Shown one piece after another: positions 39,444 to 50,889 of a DNA stretch of 64,000 nt. Each line of letters starts with the position of its first letter. The stretch's first letter is position 1. Position numbers and translations under genes: made by a program. The notes under the pieces were generated by a model, which worked only from the letters and a program-made list of their open reading frames with translations, did no database searches and was not told where the DNA came from. The stretch comes from an uncultured bacterium (GTDB lineage: Bacteria; Babelota; Babeliae; Babelales; Vermiphilaceae), in the NCBI GenBank assembly GCA_963701085.1, contig OY969561.1:288001-352000 (forward strand). The letters are read 5' to 3'.

Positions 39444-39495
39444 GTCTGGCAGGTGGCGCCATACTTCGCATAAAGCTAGGTATGGCACGCCAGAC
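39444..39495. repeat. Family B element like those at tRNA 3' ends, with no tRNA
   Basis: gtctggcaggtggcg-ccatac-ttcgc-ataaa-gctag-gtatgg-cacgccagac. Confidence 0.8.
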
Positions 39496-39621
39496 TTTTT
39501 TTAATGTCCAAATCTATTGATTTCCTATTTGTAAATCTAGTATTATGATAGTGATGGAATATGAACTAATATATTCGATAAAGGATTTTCAAATATGAAA
39601 AATATAAAAAATGGGACCAAA

Positions 39622-41480
39622 ATGAACCAATTATTGCATCTAACTCTATTATTGGGGGCTTTTTGCTCAATAAATCTTTTGCCCATGCGTATGACTGAAA
39701 AAGGTAAAGCTTCAGCAAAAAGATGGCTTGGGTTGCAGCAGAGAGAAGAGGCGATAAGCAAAAAAAGAGGATTATTGATCTTTTTGGATGAGCAGGAAAA
39801 AGATGAATTTGGAGCAGTAAGCTCTAATTTATTGATAGCTCTTTATCAAGAAGCTGGGCCTATAATTGTTTCCACATCGTTATTATACGGCTTACGTGAA
39901 TATTGGCAAAAGGATAATCGGCCTATCGAAGATTTATTAAATGACCCACTATTAAAAAATCTTCCGTTATTAAATGGCCCGCGTCAAGAAACCGAATCTT
40001 TATTAAATATAATATTAAGCAGAACATGTTTTAAAGAGGAGCGTTGGATTATAAAAAAAGTTAATAATTCGTTGAATCTTTTAATTCCATTGAGGCATTT
40101 GCAATCTCTTAAGGTTAATCAAGATAAAATAAAAAATTTTGATAGCACGATGGAGACAAATGACGTATTCGCTATTGAACTGCAGTTAGGTCTTAAAGTT
40201 AATCATATGGAAACCATTGATTTTAGATCAATAATACCTTCTTATTATACGCAAATTTCGACTTATTTTTCTTTCTCACAATCAGCGAGTTATTTTGTTG
40301 ATTCTTTGGATATTATTTTTTGTAAAAAATCTGATTATATAAATAAACAGGTTACTATTCCTGAATGGTGCATATTTATAGATGGACATGGAGCAATTAA
40401 TCATTCTATTGCATATCTCACTTTAAATGATTTTAAAAAGTTCTTAAATTTTTTAGAAAAGGAAATGATTACCACGTTGTTGGTGATTCTTTCTTGTTAT
40501 GCTGCAGGGGTGAATGCGGGTAAAATTTATGGGGAATTATCGTTAGAAACACAGCGATATTATTCATTTCCTATTATTATTAAAGGTTTGAACGATATGG
40601 TCACGGGTGGTCCTGTTGTAGGCATTGATTGGAGTGCTTGGAAAGATCAGAAAAAGATATCTTTAAACACCAAGATTAGTTTTTTTGATTTTCTAGAAAA
40701 AGCAAAACGTTCAGAAGGGAATTATAATGAAATTATAAAGCCTATATTGTACGATTATTTTATAGGAAATACTCCACAAATCAAACTGCCAGGTCTTGAA
40801 TGGTTTTCAGTGATGGATATGGGGAACAAAATTGTTGCAATAGGTTCAATTTTCAGCGCAAACAAGAGATCCTCAAAAACCATTAGATATTGTTTCTTTT
40901 TTTAAGAAAGATCCAGAAGTGATCTTATTATATACCGATAATATTCCCTTTGGACTTGTGTGCTTAGTTCAAAAGATGTAATAACAGCGATTTGTTCTAT
41001 GGTTTCATCAGGGCCTATGCCTAATAATCCAGAGCTTGTTATTAACCGAATAAAAAAAATATCCTCTGATAGGGGTTATTTTTCAATAATCAATAGATTT
41101 GTGGTGGAAAGTTCTATGAAATGGTTTTTTATTGATGAAATCGATGAAAGCAAAGATATGTATAGAAAAGATGTTTTAATTTTTGCTGCGTCAGAAAAGC
41201 GATTCTATATGACTGGTAAGAACAAACAAAATGTTATTTTAAAGATAAAAATAATGATTTATTTAAACAAGAACTTTGGAATTATGGCAAAGTTGAAGCA
41301 AATTTTTGGGATAAAAGGGATTATGAATCTAAAATGAGTGAAGTGCGAAAATATTTACATTCATCTGAAAAGAAATGAATGATTACTCTGAGCATATTGA
41401 AAAAATAAAAAATGTATTAACTGAGCAACCTGCTGAAAGACAAAAAAAATTAAAAGAAGCATATACGGTATCAGAACCTG
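39622..41480 (+). pseudogene. Large secreted hypothetical protein, frameshifted after ~40850; possible clan CD peptidase-like
   Basis: Signal peptide; FIDGHG and VILSCYAAG; continuation ORF 40960-41337; end approximate. Confidence 0.5.
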
Positions 41481-41737
41481 AAGTTGATTAGAATATAATA
41501 AAAAAGCAGACGATGGGTAGAAGAAGCTATCGGCTGCTTTTTTGTGCTTTTCTTATAAGGAGAAATAAATTTGTCTCCTTGAGCTTCACATACGTTTTTT
41601 AGCGCAAGTAAAAATATACGTGGATCTTCATCTTTAAGGGCTTCATTAAGATAAAGGCTTGCTTCTTCTGGATCTTGCAAATCTTGAATTAATTTTTCTT
41701 GATAATCTCTAAATTCTCTTTTTACAGTTCTTTTCAT
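41471..41737 (-). CDS. Addiction-module antidote protein, copy 2
   Basis: MKRTVKREFRDYQEKL.. nearly identical to 38443-38640. Confidence 0.7.
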   Translation of the reverse strand: MKRTVKREFRDYQEKLIQDLQDPEEASLYLNEALKDEDPRIFLLALKNVCEAQGDKFISPYKKSTKKQPIASSTHRLLFYYILINFRF

Positions 41738-41750
41738 AATGATTCGAAAC

Positions 41751-41915
41751 TTACGCTTTAAAAACATCTTTAGGTTCTTTATTCATAGTATCTGAAAGTA
41801 CTTTTTTGATTGATTTAAGAATAGCAACTTCAAGTTGTGCTTTGCGTTTGATTTCAATAATTTCCTCATCAGTAAGTCTTGTTTTTAGGTAATCATCAAA
41901 ACTTTTTGTTTTCAT
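41751..41915 (-). pseudogene. Antitoxin copy 2 with HTH deleted in frame (54 aa)
   Basis: MKTKSFDDYLKTRLTDEEIIEIKRKAQLEVAILKSIKKVLSDTM-NKEPKDVFKA; preceded by a toxin 3' fragment at 41915-41978. Confidence 0.75.
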
Positions 41916-42150
41916 TATTCTTCCATGTGTTTGTATGCAGTTTTAATATCTTTATCTTGTGATTTTTTATCACCAGCATTGGTTATAGTATTTAAAGAGA
42001 GAGAACGTCTGGTCTCTTAAGATATCAGAAATTTGACTTTTGAGGGTATATTGTTTTTTTATAGCAAATTTTTTTTTCGCCAGTCATACTTTTTATAATT
42101 GACTAGATAAACCATTATTCCAAACAAATTTAATTAAAGTAAGGTATATA

Positions 42151-43509
42151 ATGAAATCTCAAAAAATTATCTCATTAAATCCTAGCAAAAATTATGAAGT
42201 GATTGGAGAAGTTGATCCTTCAACACGTCATGAAATAGATACAAAAATTATTAAATGCTCGTAAAGCACAACCAGCATGGTCACATCTCACTGTTGGTGA
42301 AAGAGTTACATTCTTGAAAAATTGAATCAAGAATTTATAACAAGAAAAAATGATATACGATCTATCTCGCAAAAAATGGGTATACTCATTTCGTTTGTAA
42401 TCAAATAGATATTAATTCTCATTTAATTTTTATGCGAGGAAATTTATTTTGCCCAACAATGGCTTACGCTTGAAATCACTTAATGAAACCAAGGAAGAAA
42501 ATCATAATCTTTTTTTTAACAAAAAAGAGTGCGGGAGATAATTTTCTTCGAAAAATCCTTTTACTCTTTTTATCTGGGAGGTAATGCAAAATTCGATTGT
42601 TGGAAATAGTAGTTTATAAATCTGGAGAAAAATGTTCGCTTACCGGAAACTTTTAGAAGAGATAATGCAATCAGCAACCTTGATGGGTTTTTAATGCGGT
42701 ATATGGTGATGGTAGTGACATTGGTGAGTATTGATGAAAAGCTGAATCGATCTTATTTGGTTTACGGGAAACACCGGTCTGGGGAGAACATTCAAATAAA
42801 AATGCTTCTCAAAGAGTAATTCCTGCAATTTTAGAGCTCGGTGGTTCAGCGCAGGAATTGTTTTTAAAGATGCTGATATACAAATGACTATTGAATCAAT
42901 TTATTTTCATCGTTTTATTAAATAGTGGCAAATTTGCCATGGACTCAAGCGCCTATGGTGCGGCAGTATTATTTTTGATGCAGTAGTTCAGGGATAAATA
43001 TTTAATACTCGCTAAAAGAGTTGCGCCTGCGGATATTGATAAGTGATCTTGGTTTATTGTTGCTGAACTAAGTAGTAAATCTTGAACAACAACTTGTGAT
43101 GCATTACAAAAAGGCGACAAATATTGTAGGCGGAAAACATTATGTCAATTAAAAGGTGCTTATTAACGAACCAATTATTCTTAGAATATACATTTGATAT
43201 GGCTGTGTGGAAAGAAGAAGTCTTTGGCCCAGTGTTGCCTATTATTCCTTTTGATTCTGAAGATGAAGCGATAGCATTCGCAAACGATTCTCAATATGGT
43301 CTTGGTGGTTATATATATACGCAAAATAAAGAACGTGCATTAAAGGTAGGCCGGCATTACAAACTGGTAACATTAGTATTAATGAGCAAATTATGTGATT
43401 CCACAAGATCCATTTGGTGGATACAAAAATTCAGGGCTTGGTCGCGAACATGGCAAAAGAAGGCTTGCGTGAATTATGTTCACTCAAACTGATAGCGTTA
43501 AAAAAATAA
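42151..43509 (+). pseudogene. Aldehyde dehydrogenase, heavily frameshifted
   Basis: ISLNPS..EVIG N-terminus, WFTGNTG (~42757), LELGGS (~42831), EEVFGPV and ANDSQYGL motifs. Confidence 0.85.
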
Positions 43510-43644
43510 GAGAAAAAGCGTCTAGTTGGCGCCACTTCTTCTGTGTTGAATAAAAAATAGGCGACTGTATAAAAAACCACCGCCTGATTTTATTTAACGT
43601 TTATCGTCTTTTATATTCAAACGGGTTATCGTTTAAATTTTGTT

Positions 43645-44848
43645 TCAATTAAAGTTGAATGCAATTATTTTTTGAACATCATCGGGCACATCATGCTGAT
43701 TAAGACACTCTTTTAATAAAAACCAATAAAGATAAGGTAATTTTTCTGTTGTATTATAAAGTACCTCAAAAGGAACTGGAAGAGTTATGCATTTATCAGG
43801 TAGCACAACCATGAGTTTTTTTCCATCGGGTGAAAAAGCAATATTTTTATGAATGTGACGGCTGCGACGTAGGGAAGGGTGGCATTGTTGTGATGAGTTG
43901 CTGAGTTATAACATCCCAATAGAATACAATTTGATGAGGTTCATGATCGATACATAATGGCATTACTGTTGCTAAAACAGCACTGTTTGGGTGGAACAAT
44001 ATATCTACCCAGGTATCATCTGCAGAATATTGAATAGCAGTGAGCGTATCAGTGACCGGATTTATTATGAATTGTATTTTTTATTGTTGGTAGCTTAATT
44101 TTTTCTGGAATCCAAAGTGTTGTTTTGAGTCGTATGTTTTATGATATAAACAGCTTTGTTTCCATTTTGAACTGCTATCAGGGATCCATTAGGGCTGCAG
44201 AGTATATGAGTAGGATTGCAATGGTAGCCTAATCCGATTCTGTCTGTTTGCTGTAATGTAGTTGGCTATAAATTTCTATGCATGGATTTGAAAACCAGCC
44301 GCCAATAGGATGGCACATATAAACAATTTTTTGTGTTGGATGAAATGCAACAAAAGAAATTCTTCCAGCTCCCATTCTTGCTTATGGCCTGTTTCACAAT
44401 CATAGGACGTACTATAGCCATAACTGTCTTCCAGTAGGATATTGTTATGTAATGGATCAAAGACGGGTTTTGTGATAGATAGATGATTTGTTTTATAAGA
44501 ACTTCTAGATCTCCTGAGCTGCTGTATATTGCAGGATTTTTTCCAGCAAAAGCAATTTTTTTGTAGTTGGATGTATTGCAAAATGATGGAGCTTGTACAT
44601 CTATTTTTTTAATTTCCTTATTTGTGGCTGGGTTAATAATACTACATCCATCTTTACCATTAACATAATACGATCTTCTGCAAGATATTCGGCCTGCAAT
44701 GGTTCTTTGATGGAGGTTATTTCTGAAAGAATTTTAGGTTTTTCGAAAAGATTATATTTTTTGAGATCTAATAATTCCTTTCCATTGCAATTGATGAGGA
44801 TACTGCAATTAAACAATGAATGATTATGAGATGTAGATTATTTTTCAT
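43645..44848 (-). pseudogene. Secreted WD40-like protein, frameshifted
   Basis: MKNNLHLIII..SIA-ME start; FHPN and IAFSPDGKKL repeats; several frames. Confidence 0.6.
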
Positions 44849-45018
44849 GATGTTTTTTTGGCCTTATATTATTTATTTTTGCTAGTAATTAGTATATTTA
44901 AAAATTTATAAAGAATAAATCTTGTTTTGTAGGTAATATAGTGTTTTTTAGGCCATTTTTTTGGTACAATTCTTATATTCCGTTCATGCTTGCCTCGTAG
45001 CTCGTAGAGCGGACTAGG

Positions 45019-45095
45019 GCGCCCGTAGCTCAGTAGGATAGAGCGACAGATTCCTAATCTGTAGGCCACAGGTTCAAATCCTGTCGGGCGCACCA
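45019..45095 (+). tRNA. tRNA-Arg(CCT)
   Basis: GCGCCCG acceptor stem, ACAGA-TTCCTAA-TCTGT anticodon arm, GTTCAAATCC, CCA end. Confidence 0.95.
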
Positions 45096-45209
45096 TACTT
45101 TGCTCCTCCTACGGAGGACTATTTTGATACAAAAAAAAGGCTACGTATGGCAGGCCAGTCTTCGTTTATTCCGCTCATCCGGAGCCTGTCGAAGGACGTA
45201 TGGCAGGCC
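45093..45209. repeat. Family B-type element starting at the tRNA CCA plus a family A arm (45171-45196)
   Basis: ccatac-tttgc-tcctcctacggagga..gctac-gtatggcaggcc; ccgctcatccggagcctgtcgaagga; second cgtatggcaggcc. Confidence 0.8.
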
Positions 45210-45212
45210 TCG

Positions 45213-46478
45213 CTACTTATCCCACACACTTGCCATAGAAAAGAGTTGGAGATTGGTGAATGTATCGCGAATTTTTCCCTGTTTATCTTTTCGTTTAATC
45301 ACTTTTTTCTCAAAATAGGCATCAGTCAAATCTTTGTATGTTTGATTCCTTCAAACACTTTTCCAATTGGTATTTCATGTAATTTTCCATATCCGTGTGA
45401 GTATGAACGCGCTTCGATAGTAAGTTTTTGTCTGTATCAGAGACAACCATGACATGGCCGCGGATTAAAATAAGATCGCCGTGTGTTAATACTTGTTCAG
45501 GTTTGAGAGGTGCAAGGCAGTGTGGTATGGTTGCGGTATTTTTACAAAAATAAGGAATGCCGCATATTTGTGTTGCGCGTGCAATAGCTCCTGAGCAATC
45601 AAATCCACTTTTTGGTGAATTGGTGTCTTTTTCGTATTCATATGATGAGTAGTCGCTATTGTTGGTTTTGTGTGTTACTTCTTTAAAATTGCCATGAGTT
45701 GTGTGTGCAAAGCTTGTTCCGCCCCATGTGTAAGGAATGCATCCATGTTTGGTGTGAGCCCATTTTTTGAGCAGATTGACGTAATCGGTAATTTGTTCAG
45801 TTTTAGTTTTTGTTGGGTCGGCAATCATGCATTTTTAGATGGTATTTTTATCTGATGCTCTTGCATGGTTTTATAATCAATGGCAAAGACTGTTATGTAA
45901 GAGGGTCTTTTTTTTGTGGTGATGGTACCCGTGTAAAGCGCGTTCCTACGGAAAATGTTGTGTGTAATGTTGTATCATGGTGTGGTTCCGTTAATGTTAC
46001 AACGTCAGGATGTTTGAGTGCGTGGTGTGATTTGTCAGAAAAATCTATAGGGTTTGGCAGATGGGCTGTTGGGATGTTGTGTGCAGTAAGATCATCAAGT
46101 AGTGTAATGTTATTTTTTAATATCCAGTATTGTGCCTGCCTGTCCGCCGATGTCCGCCGTAGCTTTAGCGAAGGCGGATGGAGCAACGTAAAATGCATGA
46201 GCAATGCGTATCTGTGCTTCATCATCAGTAGTTTTTATGACATCAATAATATCGTTATAGAGTAGCTGGTGTAGACGTGGGCATGCATATGTAGAATTGA
46301 TTTGCCCTCCGCAAAATGCTATTGCATGATATGCAGTATGTGGTGATTCATTGGGGCGCATTGTTGTTATTGATTGTCCGAGTAAATCTGCTATTGGTAC
46401 ATTGATAACTGCTTTTTGCGAGGTGTATGTATTAAAACAAGTTAAAGTGCATAGTGCAAGCGATTGGAGTATTTTCAT
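45213..46478 (-). pseudogene. NlpC/P60 cell-wall peptidase with SH3-like N-terminus, about 4 frameshifts
   Basis: Signal MKILQSLA; PYTWGG, GFDCSG and GDLI..GHV motifs; IEARSYSHGYG in another frame. Confidence 0.8.
46134..46180. repeat. Family B insertion inside the NlpC/P60 gene
   Basis: gcctgcctgtccgccgatgtccgcc-gtagc-ttta-gcgaa-ggcgga (SAFAKATAD). Confidence 0.85.
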
Positions 46479-46497
46479 GGGATTCCTTTGTAGTAAG

Positions 46498-46604
46498 ATT
46501 TTCGTAATTTTTAAGACAAACTCAGGACGAACGGGGAAAAGAAATCTTTTTGCGCCGTTCGCGGTGAGCCTGTTTAACCCCATGTCCAGTGGTGTATCGA
46601 AGGG
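46498..46604. repeat. Degenerate family A doublet
   Basis: ..aagacaaactcaggacgaacgg and ccgttcgcggtgagcctg..gtatcgaaggg. Confidence 0.65.
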
Positions 46605-46873
46605 TTTACCCATATTGGAACAAATGAAAATTTCGTGAAATACCATACGAATTTCGTATACAAAGTTAGCATAGCCAAATGATGTTGTTATTAGCCACTG
46701 TTTATGTATGATATTTTTTATTTCTCTTAGAAACATTGATAATTAAATATATTAAATGTTATTATTAATATGAAAAACAAAACAGCAATATACGGTGAAT
46801 AGGGGGATGAGGAAATGGTTAAAATAATAATGGTGATGCTTTTGTGGCTTATGCCACTTTTTGGGAGTGGTAG

Positions 46874-47860
46874 GTGAAGGGAATCGGGATTGGACGTGGA
46901 TATATCGTAAAAATTTTGCAGAAAATCTGCGTACAGCAGATAGAAAACAAAAAATCATTAATGTTTGCGCACGATAATGTTTCTCCATTTACGCAGCTTA
47001 TTTTTTCATGGAATGCATTTCGGCCTGAAGAAGGCCATTTTTCTTTTTACGTACAGGTGCGTGATGCTGCAACAAAAAAATGGGGGACATGGCATCGCAT
47101 GGTTGATTGGGGAAAAGATGTACAGCAGTCATATTTGAGCAAAAGTGATGGGTTTTCTTCATACGTTCATGTGCGCCTGGAAACTGAAAATAAAAAAGGT
47201 GCTGATGCGTTTAAGATAAAAGTTGAGCCGCAAAAATCGGCATCATTATCCTTGGTGCATGGCATTTGCGTGGCGCTTTCTGATTTTAATAGTTTTAAAG
47301 CAGAGTCGCATAAAAATATTGATAGTGGGTTACCGTCTGTTCATCTATCTAATATTCCATCAATTGCGCAATTTGCATTGGAGCATGAAGATAAGGGGCG
47401 TATCTGTTCTCCCGTTTCATGCAGTATGGTTGTTCATTATATGACAGGTAAATATAAAGATCCGCTTGATTTTGCTGCAGGTGCGTTTGATATAGGGCTT
47501 GGTGTGTATGGAAGTTGGGGATGTAATACGGCGCATGCGTTTGAACATTCTGATGGAAAAATACATTTTTTTGTCAGACGCATGAATGGATTTGCTGATA
47601 TACATCAACAATTGGTTCAAAGTTTACCGGTTGTGGTGAGTGTGCGTGGGAATTTGCCTGGTGCTTTAAAACCATTTCCGCAGGGTCATTTGATTGTTGT
47701 TGTTGGGTGGGATAGTGATACGCATGAAGTGTTGTGCCATGATCCTGCTTGCGATAATCATGGTGATGTATTTAAGCGGTATCCTCTTGAGCCTTTCTTG
47801 CGTGCATGGGAGTGTTCTCACAGACTTTCGTATGTTGCTGATCCGGTGCGCAGTAAATAA
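46874..47860 (+). CDS. Peptidase C39-like protein
   Basis: ICSPVSCSMV, YGSW, PVVVSV, GHLIVVVG and HDPA motifs; true start uncertain, possibly a frameshifted signal peptide near 46815. Confidence 0.8.
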   Translation: MKGIGIGRGYIVKILQKICVQQIENKKSLMFAHDNVSPFTQLIFSWNAFRPEEGHFSFYVQVRDAATKKWGTWHRMVDWGKDVQQSYLSKSDGFSSYVHVRLETENKKGADAFKIKVEPQKSASLSLVHGICVALSDFNSFKAESHKNIDSGLPSVHLSNIPSIAQFALEHEDKGRICSPVSCSMVVHYMTGKYKDPLDFAAGAFDIGLGVYGSWGCNTAHAFEHSDGKIHFFVRRMNGFADIHQQLVQSLPVVVSVRGNLPGALKPFPQGHLIVVVGWDSDTHEVLCHDPACDNHGDVFKRYPLEPFLRAWECSHRLSYVADPVRSK

Positions 47861-47884
47861 ATAGATAATGTATATATGATTTCC

Positions 47885-48016
47885 CCGCTCGCCCTGAGTG
47901 TCCTCCGAAGTGTTAACGGAGGAGGATGAATCGAAGGGGTAAGCGGAAAATATAAAGTCATTGTTCGATTGCACCCTTCGATACTTTTTTGCAAGCAAAA
48001 AAACTCAGGGCGAGCG
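47885..48016. repeat. Family A inverted doublet (arms 47885-47938 and 47974-48016)
   Basis: Same geometry and spacer ends (taagcggaaaa..attgcaccc) as 40-179; left arm holds a B-type hairpin cctcc-gaagt-gtta-acgga-ggagg. Confidence 0.9.
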
Positions 48017-48177
48017 CATTAAAACAATCGCAAAATTAAAATTTTAATAGATTTTGTATATTAATAGTTATTTTTTATATTAAATTAAATGTTATTGACT
48101 ATTTGATATTCTAAATGATATTCTTAAACCAGAAAAGGAAATGAATGAGGGAAGCATAAAAAAAATAAGGGGATGAG

Positions 48178-49325
48178 ATGAGTAAGATAATAGAGTATTT
48201 TTTAATACCACTTTTTGTGGTGGTGAGTGTGTTATACGCATTTAATTCATCTGGTAGTGATGGTACTATCCAGTTACATAAGGTGTATCATCATACGACG
48301 CATAGTCCAGTTCTTCTCGAACGGGCGAATGTGTCATTTTATTTTTCAGGTGATCCGCAGGTGCAGGAAATAAAAAGTAAAAAAGCTCAAGATGTGCAAT
48401 CATCTGCTTTTTTTTCCCACAAGCAGTCATTACTAAAGGTGAATGTGAAGCGATGGTTAAACGTTTGAATGATTATCGTGATTGTTACACGGTAACTATT
48501 GAGGAAGTTGCAAGGCCCACAAAAGGAATTATGCTTGTTTTTAATTGTGATCCGAATAAATTTGCCGTCAGTTATGAACGGTTTGATTCTATTGGTTTAC
48601 AAAAAGGAGTTGTTTTTAGGTTGCATAATAAAGAACTTTTAAGGCAAATTGAGCAAGCCAATAATCAACCTGTTTTACGTACTTTGTGGCATACGAGTAA
48701 GCCTTGCATTGCAATTGATCCTGGGCATGGTGGTGCTGACTGTGGGGCGATAGGTCATGGTGGTATTCAGGAAAAAGATATTTGCCTGGCGATTGGTACC
48801 GCGGTGGGTAATTTATTGGAGCAGCATGGATGTTCTGTTGTGCTCACAAGAAACAGTGATTGTTTTATTGCTTTAGATGAACGTACATCCTACGCAAATG
48901 ATCATCATGCCGATCTGTTTGTTTCTATTCATGCAAATTATGCCGCAAATCAGCGCGCGATTGGTGTTGAGACTTTTTGTTTGCAACCATCTTTGTTAAA
49001 ACGTGGCTTTTCTCAGTTATCAGATCGGCAACATGGTATAGTTTCTGATCTGATGAATCAACGGTTTGAAAGTTCATGTGCTTTAGCGCAATCGGTACAG
49101 CGTCATCTTTGTAATGCGGTGTCAGAATTGCATGATGAACCGATTGATCGTAAAGTTAAGCATTCTGTAACACAAGTGCTTCTTGGAGCGCAGATGCCCG
49201 CGGTGCTTGTTGAAGTTGGTTTTGTTTCGCATAAAAAAGAAGCGGCTTTATTACGTGATGTTCAGTATCAAAACAGTGTTGCGCGCGGCATTTGCGATGG
49301 TATTTTATCCGCTATTGCTTCCTAA
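48178..49325 (+). CDS. N-acetylmuramoyl-L-alanine amidase (Amidase_3), one frameshift at the T-run ~48410
   Basis: IDPGHGG, EKD, LTR, FVSIHAN and PAVLVEVGF motifs; signal peptide in the upstream ORF 48178-48468. Confidence 0.88.
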
Positions 49326-49461
49326 TCGTTCTTTTAAAAAAACTTATATTTCTTATTGTTGCTTCATTAAAAAGGTGGTACTATACGTTATCCCAACCAC
49401 ATAAACTTTGGTGGGATTTTTTTTATGGTAGGTACTATTCTTTTTAGGTGGGTTAATAGTT

Positions 49462-50889
49462 GTGATGCATTTTATTTGGGAAGATTTTTTAACTATTGTT
49501 AGAGAAGAGCTTGGTAGCCGTGTTGTAGAAACATGGTTTAAGGCTGTTTCCATGACCAAATGGGATAGTGCTGAAAAAGTTATTTATTTACAAACGCCTA
49601 ATGCATTTGTGTGTAACTGGCTCGAAAAAAATTACCGTTCTGTTTTTCAAACGCATCTTGGACGATTGCTTAATGTTGCTGATCCCAAAGTTGTATTTTT
49701 AACGACATCTTCCAAAAAAAGTGAACCTATTTTAGAGCAAAGTACTGAGTTGCAGGTCTCGCTTAATGATTCTCAAACACCACAGGAAAAAATGTATCGT
49801 CCGGCACAGGTTATTCCGTATGGTGCTAAAAAAAATACACTGACGGTTTCAAAATTGTCAGAACGGTACGGTCATATTAATAAAAAGTATGTGTTTGAAA
49901 CGTTTGTTGTGGGGCCAAGTAATTCTCTTGCGTATGCAGCGGCGTGTGCTGTTGCACAAAAGCCGGGTGAATTATATAATCCATTATTTCTTTATGGAGG
50001 TTCTGGCCTTGGTAAAACACATTTGCTCCACGCAATTGGCAATGCTATTCAAGCGAATAATAAAAAAGCCCTTGTTTTGTATCAAACAGCAGACCGATTT
50101 GTGAGTGAATTTATTAATGCAATTCGCTTTGATAAAATAGATCGCTTCCAAAAGAAATATCAGTTGGTTGATGTATTATTGATTGATGATATTCAATTTA
50201 TTTCTAATAAAGATACAACGCAAGAAGCTTTTTTCCATATTTTTAATTCACTCTACGATGCGCGCAAGCAGATTGTCTTTTCCAGTGACACTTTTCCACA
50301 AAATATTAATGGTATTGCTGAGCGGTTACGTTCACGCTTGTCATCAGGTATGATTGCTGATATTCATCAGCCGTGCATTGAAGTTAAAACAGCTATTTTA
50401 AAAAGAAAAGCTGAATCAAGTGGTGAGGTTTTGAGTGATGAAGTTGCTCATTTCCTGGCATCGCACGTTACTTCTAATATTAGAGAGTTGGAAGGAGCGT
50501 TGATACGAGTAATTGCCTTTGCACATTTAACCAAAGAGCCAATTGATTTGGCGCTGGTTCAAAAAGTTTTTTTTAATGATGATGAAGGTGTGGAAAAACA
50601 ATCAGTTGATTTTAAGGCGGTTGTTAAGGCTATTACAAAGCACTTTCCCTATTCATTGGATGAACTAAGATCAGAGAATAGGAACAAAGAGTTAGTTTTG
50701 GCGCGTCAACTTACTATGTATATCATGAAAAAACACACCAATAGATCTTTGCGAGAAATTGGTGCTTATCTTGGTGACCGTAATCATACAACGGTCAAAC
50801 ATGCGTTATCTAAAATAGAAGAATATCTTATTGAAGATGTAAAACTCCAACGGCAAATGAGCGCGATAGAAAAAGAGTTTGATCGGTAA
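49462..50889 (+). CDS. dnaA: Chromosomal replication initiator DnaA
   Basis: F.TFVVGPSN, YNPLFLYGGSGLGKTHL, LIDDIQF, RELEGAL and RNHTTV motifs. Confidence 0.97.
   Translation: MMHFIWEDFLTIVREELGSRVVETWFKAVSMTKWDSAEKVIYLQTPNAFVCNWLEKNYRSVFQTHLGRLLNVADPKVVFLTTSSKKSEPILEQSTELQVSLNDSQTPQEKMYRPAQVIPYGAKKNTLTVSKLSERYGHINKKYVFETFVVGPSNSLAYAAACAVAQKPGELYNPLFLYGGSGLGKTHLLHAIGNAIQANNKKALVLYQTADRFVSEFINAIRFDKIDRFQKKYQLVDVLLIDDIQFISNKDTTQEAFFHIFNSLYDARKQIVFSSDTFPQNINGIAERLRSRLSSGMIADIHQPCIEVKTAILKRKAESSGEVLSDEVAHFLASHVTSNIRELEGALIRVIAFAHLTKEPIDLALVQKVFFNDDEGVEKQSVDFKAVVKAITKHFPYSLDELRSENRNKELVLARQLTMYIMKKHTNRSLREIGAYLGDRNHTTVKHALSKIEEYLIEDVKLQRQMSAIEKEFDR

Noticed and set aside
38365-45018. Prophage or integrative element between the tRNA-Arg genes
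   Set aside because: No integrase, transposase or phage genes; both tRNAs are complete with different anticodons rather than an att duplication.
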